A stretch of DNA of 64,000 nt from Limnothrix sp. BL-A-16 (GTDB lineage Bacteria > Cyanobacteriota > Cyanobacteriia > CACIAM-69d): positions 4,032,001 to 4,096,000 of the forward strand of contig CP166615.1 of assembly GCA_041937175.2 (NCBI GenBank), read 5' to 3'. Both the position numbers and the translations under genes were made by a program. The notes under the pieces are model-generated. The model did not search any database, had not been told where the DNA came from, and saw nothing but the letters and a program-made list of their open reading frames with translations. Positions 58,132-64,000 of this stretch are shown here, one piece after another. Position 1 is the stretch's first letter; each line of letters opens with the position of its first letter.

Positions 58132-59352
58132 TTAATCCTCAGGGGTTAATCCCCATGATCGGGGAATCGTGATGCTTAGGGTAGTGCCTGTTCCCGGTGT
58201 GCTGGCGATCGCAAACTGTCCACCGAGAAGCTGCACTCGTTCTCGTATGCCGCGCAATCCATAACCGGTTGCGGCCGCGCCCAGATCAAAGCCTTGGCCA
58301 TTGTCCGTAATTTCCAACGTAAGCGTCGATGCTGTGTAGTGGCTCAGCAAATTCACCATCGAGGCCCGCGCATGTTTTTGCACATTGGTTAATGCTTCTT
58401 GAATCATGCAATAAACCTGATGGCTAGTTTGGATATCGATCGCCGGTAGGTTCAATCTTGAGGTAATCACCAGTGATTGGGTGTTGTGAATCTGATTGAT
58501 TAACCGCTGCAAAGCCACATCGAGCTGAAAAGAGGGATCACGGGTGGTTTGAACCGCTTGGTGTACTGCCTCTAAGCATTGACTGGCTAGGGTTTGTGCA
58601 TGGTTGAGGGCGGTGGCCGCTTGATCGCGATCGCGCCCTTGCATCACTTGAACTAGTTCGAGTTGCAGGCGAAGGGTGGTCAGCGCATGGCCCAAGGAGT
58701 CATGAATTTCGCGAGCAATGCGCGATCGCTCCAAATCCGCCGCTAGGGTTTCGATCGCTTGGGCCAGGGCTTCCGATCGTTGGCGGCTGCGACGCTCAGC
58801 CATGATCAAAAAGCCAATCACCATCACCAACGCACTGATGCTGATGTATTCCACTGAACTCGACAAAATAATCGCCTGTGGCTTGTAAATTTCCTCCCAT
58901 TGTTGCGATCGCGTGGTTTCAATGAACAACTTTTCAATGATAGGAATCGTCCACCAGACACAGAGCAAGTAACTAATTCCTGATCCTGTTACGAGATAGA
59001 TAATGGTTTTTCGGTTAAATAAAAAACAACTTTTAATTAAGATTAAATATAGCAACAAATGCAGATCAACTAGTAACAATTGCGCCACTAGCACCATCGA
59101 TATCTCCAATCCAATATAGGTGTATCGCACCCAGTGAGGTTGCTTGATTGGAAAAAACCAACTCAGCAACCAAAAGACGGTGACAAACACCAAAACCTTG
59201 CTGAATAAATCGGGTAAGGTCGGCAATTTATAAAAATACCAATCAATGCCATAGGCCAAGCCATACATTAAGAGCAAGACCCATTCCGCATAGCGCATCA
59301 TGGGCCGTAACTTAAAGAAAGAGGAACCAAAGTAGCTGCGTAGAGCTTTCAT
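58132..59352 (-). CDS. Membrane sensor histidine kinase (HisKA_3, DesK/NarX-like)
   Basis: TM helices, ERSRIAREIHDSLGH, EALTNVQKHA, DNGQGF. Confidence 0.93.
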   Translation of the reverse strand: MKALRSYFGSSFFKLRPMMRYAEWVLLLMYGLAYGIDWYFYKLPTLPDLFSKVLVFVTVFWLLSWFFPIKQPHWVRYTYIGLEISMVLVAQLLLVDLHLLLYLILIKSCFLFNRKTIIYLVTGSGISYLLCVWWTIPIIEKLFIETTRSQQWEEIYKPQAIILSSSVEYISISALVMVIGFLIMAERRSRQRSEALAQAIETLAADLERSRIAREIHDSLGHALTTLRLQLELVQVMQGRDRDQAATALNHAQTLASQCLEAVHQAVQTTRDPSFQLDVALQRLINQIHNTQSLVITSRLNLPAIDIQTSHQVYCMIQEALTNVQKHARASMVNLLSHYTASTLTLEITDNGQGFDLGAAATGYGLRGIRERVQLLGGQFAIASTPGTGTTLSITIPRSWGLTPED

Positions 59353-59413
59353 CCTGCAATGCAGCGGGCAATTCCCACTGGAGAACGATTCAAAAGTCTG
59401 CAAAGGGATTTGG

Positions 59414-59554
59414 GGGATTGTCACCATTTTTTGAGGTAATTCTGAAACGGTTGATCTTCCTTACCCCAATCGTCGTAACAAGGGGCTTAAGCCCCTTGTC
59501 CCCGCGATCCGCTAACGGCAGATCTAGGGTTTTGGGCTAAACGACGACAGATCC
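59414..59554. mobile_element. Element B inserted in a degenerate palindrome-bearing remnant
   Basis: Ends GGGATTGTCACCA...CGACGACAGATCC; central palindrome intact; right flank TAAGCCCCTTG continues as a B-like arm. Confidence 0.75.
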
Positions 59555-59602
59555 TAAGCCCCTTGCTTCCCACGATCGGCTAACGGCAGCCCGTAGCAGC
59601 CC

Positions 59603-59623
59603 GTAGGGTGGGCACTGCCCACC
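59603..59623 (+). repeat. GTAG-type REP-like hairpin
   Basis: GTAG followed by GGTGGGCA-C-TGCCCACC. Confidence 0.6.
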
Positions 59624-59688
59624 TAATAATTGCTTCATGGTATCTGCGATCTGTCGTACCCATCGTGTTAGGTAAAAGCTGTATTTCC

Positions 59689-60894
59689 CTAGGACGTTTT
59701 CAATGCCGTAATCGGGTCAAGCCGGGACGCTTGGCGAGCCGGAACCACCCCAAAAACCAGACCGATCGCACCGGAAATAGCCGTGACCACCACCACGACC
59801 GGCACAGGAACGGTGGGCTTGAAAGGAGTCAAAGTGCCGATCAGGGCCATGCCGCCCGCGCCCAGGGAAATGCCCACGACACCACCGGCCACGGACAAGA
59901 TCGTGGCTTCAATTAAAAACTGCTGCAAGATCGCCTGAGGAGGAGCACCGATCGCCTTGCGGAGACCAATTTCCTGGGTGCGCTCGGCAACGGAAACCAG
60001 CATGATGTTCATGATGCCAATGCCGCCCACCAGCAAGGAAATCCCCGCAATCAAGGTGAGCATTGTTCCCAACGCGCTGGTAATTTGCCCTAACAAATCC
60101 TGAATGGATTTATTTGCCACCACTGAGAAATCCTGTTTGCCATGCAAGCGTGTCAACAGATTTGTGACTTGGAAGGCCGCCGATCGAATTTGGGCTTGGT
60201 CGCGGGCGGTGATCTCAATTTCATCGATCAGCAGTCCTTGGGGGACTCGTCGCCCCACGACTTGATGGGCCATGGTTGTGATTGGAATGAAGGCATTGGC
60301 ATCGGGATTCACACCGAGAAATGCACCTTTTCTTTGGATGATGCCAATGATCTGAAAGCTCTGATAGTTAATTCGGATTTCCTGCCCGATCGGGTTGGTG
60401 CGATCGAACAGTTTCCGGGCCAGCTCCCCACCCAACACCGCCACCTTGCGATCCTGACGTTGGGCAGCCTCATCCCAAAAAATCCCCTGGGCCATGCGAA
60501 TATTCCGCACCTTGAGAAAGTCGGGGGTGACTCCCTGCACCGTTGTCGTCACGGTGCGACTTTGACGACCGATCGCCAAGGAACTCGAAATCGTGGGTGA
60601 CACCCATTGAACGGCCGGTGCTTGGGTGGCAATCAAGTCAGCTTCGGACAACAGCAAGCGCGGCACTTCGCCGGTCAGTTCCTTGCTTTGTTGCTCACTC
60701 AAAAAAACGTACAGGGAGTTTGCACCCAAGGATTCCACCTGGGTGGCGGTGAAATGTTGGGCCCCTTCACCCAGCCCCACGGTGGCCACCACTGAAGCAT
60801 TGCCAATCACGATGCCCAGCATGGTCAGCAGGCTCCGCATTCGATGGCTGACCAAAGTGCCGATCGCCATGTTGAGCGTATCTAGAGGGTTCAT
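59689..60894 (-). CDS. MacB/FtsX-like ABC permease
   Basis: RSLLTMLGIVIG, GGIGIMNIMLVSV.ERT.EIG, PITALK. Confidence 0.93.
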   Translation of the reverse strand: MNPLDTLNMAIGTLVSHRMRSLLTMLGIVIGNASVVATVGLGEGAQHFTATQVESLGANSLYVFLSEQQSKELTGEVPRLLLSEADLIATQAPAVQWVSPTISSSLAIGRQSRTVTTTVQGVTPDFLKVRNIRMAQGIFWDEAAQRQDRKVAVLGGELARKLFDRTNPIGQEIRINYQSFQIIGIIQRKGAFLGVNPDANAFIPITTMAHQVVGRRVPQGLLIDEIEITARDQAQIRSAAFQVTNLLTRLHGKQDFSVVANKSIQDLLGQITSALGTMLTLIAGISLLVGGIGIMNIMLVSVAERTQEIGLRKAIGAPPQAILQQFLIEATILSVAGGVVGISLGAGGMALIGTLTPFKPTVPVPVVVVVTAISGAIGLVFGVVPARQASRLDPITALKTS

Positions 60895-62240
60895 TAGAAA
60901 CCGCTTCCTTCGGGATTATCAACACCCGGAATCACTTGGTTGATCGGAGGACTCAGCAAAATGCGATCGCCCGCTTGCAGGCCCGATCGCACCTGGGCTT
61001 GGCTGCCACTTTCCGCGCCAATTTCCACGGTTTGAAAGCGTGCTTCCTGGTTCGGCACAAGTCGCCATACGCCCTTGCGGCCGTCCTTTTGGGTGACAAG
61101 GGCCGCGAGCGGCACCACCAACGCATTCCGAATCGGCTGGCCCAAAAACGCTAACTTGACGTTCATGCCAGCTTTTAAGATGTCCAGTCCCGTTTGCAGG
61201 GAAACTTTGATGCGAAAGGTGGTGACGTTGTTTTCCGGCACAGCCCGGGGGGCGATGCGCTTGACCCGGCCCTGAAACGTGCGATCGGGATAGCTGTCGC
61301 TGCGAATTTCGACGGCTTGGCCCTGGCGAATTTGACCGATCGCGGTTTCGGGAATTTTGGCTTCGACTTCTAAACCACTGAAGAGTTCGGCAATGGCGGC
61401 GGAGGTGGCCCCATCACTGCTGGATGCGGTGGTGGTGGGTGCAACAAAATCCCCCACATCGGCGAATCGGCGGGTGATGATTCCCCCAAAGGGCGATCGA
61501 ATCAGCGTGTTTTGTAACTGAATCCGCACGACTTGCAGTTGCGATCGCGCTTCTGCCACTTGGGCGCGGGCTTGGGCAATTTCCTCGGCGCGAAACCCCT
61601 GGCGCTGTTTATGGAATTCCTGTTCGGCGGTGGCCAAGCTGGCTTTGGCCTGCTCAACGGTGGCGCGGGCGTTGCGGGCTTCGGTCAAGGTCTCATCCAA
61701 AGCATCTTGACTCAGTACGCCCTCGGTGGCCAAAAGCTGGCGGCGCTGCAGTTTTTGGGTGGCTAATTGCCACTTGCCTTCGGCCTCTTGCAACTGGGCT
61801 TGCTGCCGTTGCACCTCGGCTTGGGCTTTGGTGATGTCCTCAGGGCGATTCCCCGCGAGTTTCAGTTGCAATTCCGCCTGCGATCGCGCGAGTGCCCCTT
61901 GAAATTGGTTGACTTGGGCTTGCAGTTGCTCGCCGTCCATGCGGGCCACCACTTGCCCGGGCTGCACTCGATCGCCCTCGCGCACAAACAAGGCCGCCAC
62001 CTTGCCGGCCTCCTTCGGGGCCAAGTTGACCTTCCGCAGAGGCTGCACCACCCCATTGGCCTGTACTTGCACCACCAAATCTTGCCGCTGCACTAGGGTC
62101 GTGTCTTGGGCAAGATCTACCTTGGGGGCAGGCGCTGGGTGAGGGATCGCCAGGGCGATCGTGCCCAACAGGCCCAGGGCCCCGAGGCCCCCAACCCACA
62201 GCCGCCATTGCTGAAACTTGAACCGAATCGCAGGTTGCAT
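60894..62240 (-). CDS. Membrane fusion protein (MacA/HlyD-like)
   Basis: TM anchor, lipoyl halves (VREGDRV; IRSPFGG), coiled coil. Confidence 0.92.
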   Translation of the reverse strand: MQPAIRFKFQQWRLWVGGLGALGLLGTIALAIPHPAPAPKVDLAQDTTLVQRQDLVVQVQANGVVQPLRKVNLAPKEAGKVAALFVREGDRVQPGQVVARMDGEQLQAQVNQFQGALARSQAELQLKLAGNRPEDITKAQAEVQRQQAQLQEAEGKWQLATQKLQRRQLLATEGVLSQDALDETLTEARNARATVEQAKASLATAEQEFHKQRQGFRAEEIAQARAQVAEARSQLQVVRIQLQNTLIRSPFGGIITRRFADVGDFVAPTTTASSSDGATSAAIAELFSGLEVEAKIPETAIGQIRQGQAVEIRSDSYPDRTFQGRVKRIAPRAVPENNVTTFRIKVSLQTGLDILKAGMNVKLAFLGQPIRNALVVPLAALVTQKDGRKGVWRLVPNQEARFQTVEIGAESGSQAQVRSGLQAGDRILLSPPINQVIPGVDNPEGSGF

Positions 62241-62328
62241 CGACGTTGCCCAAACCGGGATCAAATGCCACCCCATCAATCTAAAAAGATCGCCCCCATC
62301 TCGACGACTGCCGCCGGTCATCAGTGCC

Positions 62329-62344
62329 CATGACTAGAGTCATG
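62329..62344. promoter_or_regulatory. Palindrome CATGACTAGAGTCATG, putative NarL-type operator
   Basis: Near-perfect inverted repeat upstream of the exporter and two-component genes. Confidence 0.5.
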
Positions 62345-62458
62345 ATTTCCCAGCGGCCGCCATCAGGGGCAGATTGCCGGAAATTCCCCGCTAGCGCAAC
62401 GGGCCGGCCGCTTGGTATAAGCACCTTGTCTATATCGATGCGAAGCACAGCAAATACA

Positions 62459-63337
62459 ATGGCAAAAACCCTCTGGATGTTCCCGGGCCAAGGCTCCCAA
62501 GCCGTGGGCATGACCGCCGACCTGCTCGACTCGGCCGCTGCTCAGGTCAAACTGGCGATCGCGGATGAAATTTTGGGTTGGTCGGTGGCGGAGGTTTGCA
62601 ACGGCGACGAGGCACAACTCTCGCAAACCCAATACACCCAGCCTTGCTTGTATGCGATCGAGGCGATCTTGGTTGACGCTCTGAAAGCCGCTGGCCAAAT
62701 GCCCGACCTAGTGGCGGGCCACAGTTTGGGGGAATATGTGGCCCTCTACGCGGCCGGGGCCTTCAGCTTTGAAGCGGGTCTGAAGTTGGTGAAGCGGCGG
62801 GCGGAGTTGATGCAAGGGGCTTCTGGCGGCAAAATGGCGGCCATGATCGGGTTCAACCGCGCGGCCCTGACCGAGGCGATCGCCGCCACCGAAGGCGTGG
62901 TGCTGGCCAATGATAACAGCGATGCCCAAGTGGTGATTTCCGGAACGCCCGACGCGGTAGATGCGATCTTGGCCAGCGTGAAAGCCAAGCGGGCCGTGCC
63001 GTTGGCCGTGTCCGGTGCATTCCACTCGCCCTACATGGCGGAAGCATCGGCGGAATTTAACGAAATCCTGGCGGCTACGGAGTTTGCGGACACGGCGATC
63101 GGGGTGCTCTCCAACACTGACCCCACCCCGGAAACTAGCGGCGCGGCTTTGAAAGAACGGCTCTCGAAGCAGATGACCGGTTCGGTGCGCTGGCGGGAAA
63201 CGATGGTGATGTTGAACCAGGTGGCCTGCACGGAGGCGATCGAAGTGGGGCCGGGCAAGGTGTTGACGGGATTGCTGAAGCGCGCCTGCCCGAACACCGC
63301 CCTGGTCAACATTGCCGCCCTTGCCGACATCGCTTAA
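62459..63337 (+). CDS. fabD: Malonyl-CoA:ACP transacylase
   Basis: FPGQGSQ, TQP, GHSLGE, VSGAFHS. Confidence 0.97.
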   Translation: MAKTLWMFPGQGSQAVGMTADLLDSAAAQVKLAIADEILGWSVAEVCNGDEAQLSQTQYTQPCLYAIEAILVDALKAAGQMPDLVAGHSLGEYVALYAAGAFSFEAGLKLVKRRAELMQGASGGKMAAMIGFNRAALTEAIAATEGVVLANDNSDAQVVISGTPDAVDAILASVKAKRAVPLAVSGAFHSPYMAEASAEFNEILAATEFADTAIGVLSNTDPTPETSGAALKERLSKQMTGSVRWRETMVMLNQVACTEAIEVGPGKVLTGLLKRACPNTALVNIAALADIA

Positions 63338-63481
63338 ATCTGCTTGCTGGTGACGTGATGAAGTGATCGCTAGTTATCCGTAACAATCACTGGTAACTGG
63401 CGATCGATTCCATCAAAATGGGTATTAATTAAGTGAAAAAGTTCATCATCAACGCTTTATTTAAAAGAAATTCTACAACTG

Positions 63482-63763
63482 ATGAAAGTCATTCATCTAA
63501 CTCATGGTGTTCAGTTTCTCCTGAATCTCTTTGCCCAAGCTCAAGATGATGTTCTGCTTTTAAAGCTGCCCGATGGTCGCGAATTTGTGTTGACCTCCGT
63601 TGAGCGATTGCAAGATTCGGCCGAGGATTTGACCACGGAGGTTCAGCAAATTACTCAAAACCCAGAACTGATGGCCCTGTTGCAAGAGCGCAAGACGGAT
63701 CGATCGCGCTTGAGTTTGGCAGATGCTTACGATCTCCTGGGCCTAGAACAGCCCGAGTCATAA
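63482..63763 (+). CDS. Small hypothetical protein, antitoxin-like
   Basis: 93 aa; Phd/YefM-like layout with C-terminal SLADAYDLLGL helix. Confidence 0.6.
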   Translation: MKVIHLTHGVQFLLNLFAQAQDDVLLLKLPDGREFVLTSVERLQDSAEDLTTEVQQITQNPELMALLQERKTDRSRLSLADAYDLLGLEQPES

Positions 63764-63773
63764 GCTGAGATTC

Positions 63774-64000
63774 ATGAATGATTTTCTAAGACGACGCGAT
63801 CGGTATATTCGCGATAGTTTGGCGGTGCGTTTAGGTGGCATTGCGGCGAATTTGGCGCGGGTTAAATCCTTTGGTAAAAACCCTGATAATGGGCAGCTCA
63901 TTTCTAGTTTGCTGCGGGAAAGTGGTTGGTTTATTGAATGGTCAGCCCCCGAGACCGATTTACCGGTGGCGATCGAGCTGGTGGCAATTCAGCGGCAGAT
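63774..64000 (+). CDS. Hypothetical protein, truncated by the window edge
   Basis: Open frame MNDFLRRRDRYIRDSLAVRLGGIAANLARV... starting 10 nt after the previous stop. Confidence 0.65.
   Translation, partial: MNDFLRRRDRYIRDSLAVRLGGIAANLARVKSFGKNPDNGQLISSLLRESGWFIEWSAPETDLPVAIELVAIQRQ

Larger units (their letters stand above)
1..64000. repeat. HIP1 octamer (GCGATCGC) dispersed throughout
   Basis: Very frequent in genes and spacers; visibly sparser in AT-rich segments. Confidence 0.95.

Noticed and set aside
59353..59427. Upstream ORF extension of the kinase (and likewise of tauE at 37412-37486)
   Set aside because: These extensions run into MITE sequence; downstream ATGs are the more plausible starts.
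11133..59554. Recurrent AAGGGGCTTAAGCCCCTT palindromes as a CRISPR array
   Set aside because: Copies are kilobases apart with no regular spacers, and no cas genes are present.

Overview
Chromosomal window of a cyanobacterium (very dense HIP1 GCGATCGC octamers; psbN, psbH, psb29, cpcE, hli). All product calls come from motifs recognised in the translated sequence, not from database searches. Contents in order: a TPR/GT61 glycosyltransferase; an iron-uptake island (short AraC/PchR regulator, exbB-exbD-tonB, two tandem AMIN-domain TonB-dependent receptors, a lipoprotein, a PepSY-TM protein); an isochorismatase-like gene beside a PAS histidine kinase; an alpha-carbonic anhydrase beside a degenerate RNase R-like (Zam-type) gene; two tandem GT-C glycosyltransferases; housekeeping genes and tRNA-His; a persulfide-oxidation module (PDO, rhodanese, TauE, ArsR); cryptochrome DASH; psbN/psbH-tatA-pth; sbcD; a mosaic MmeI-like restriction-modification gene; a two-component system with a MacA/MacB-like exporter; fabD; and a possible toxin-antitoxin pair at the right edge. 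The most striking non-genic signals are (i) two families of short inverted-repeat elements in which element B repeatedly sits in the central palindrome of element A while carrying that palindrome itself, and (ii) an unannotated minus-strand transcription unit with a perfect Shine-Dalgarno, a 24-codon ORF and a strong terminator.
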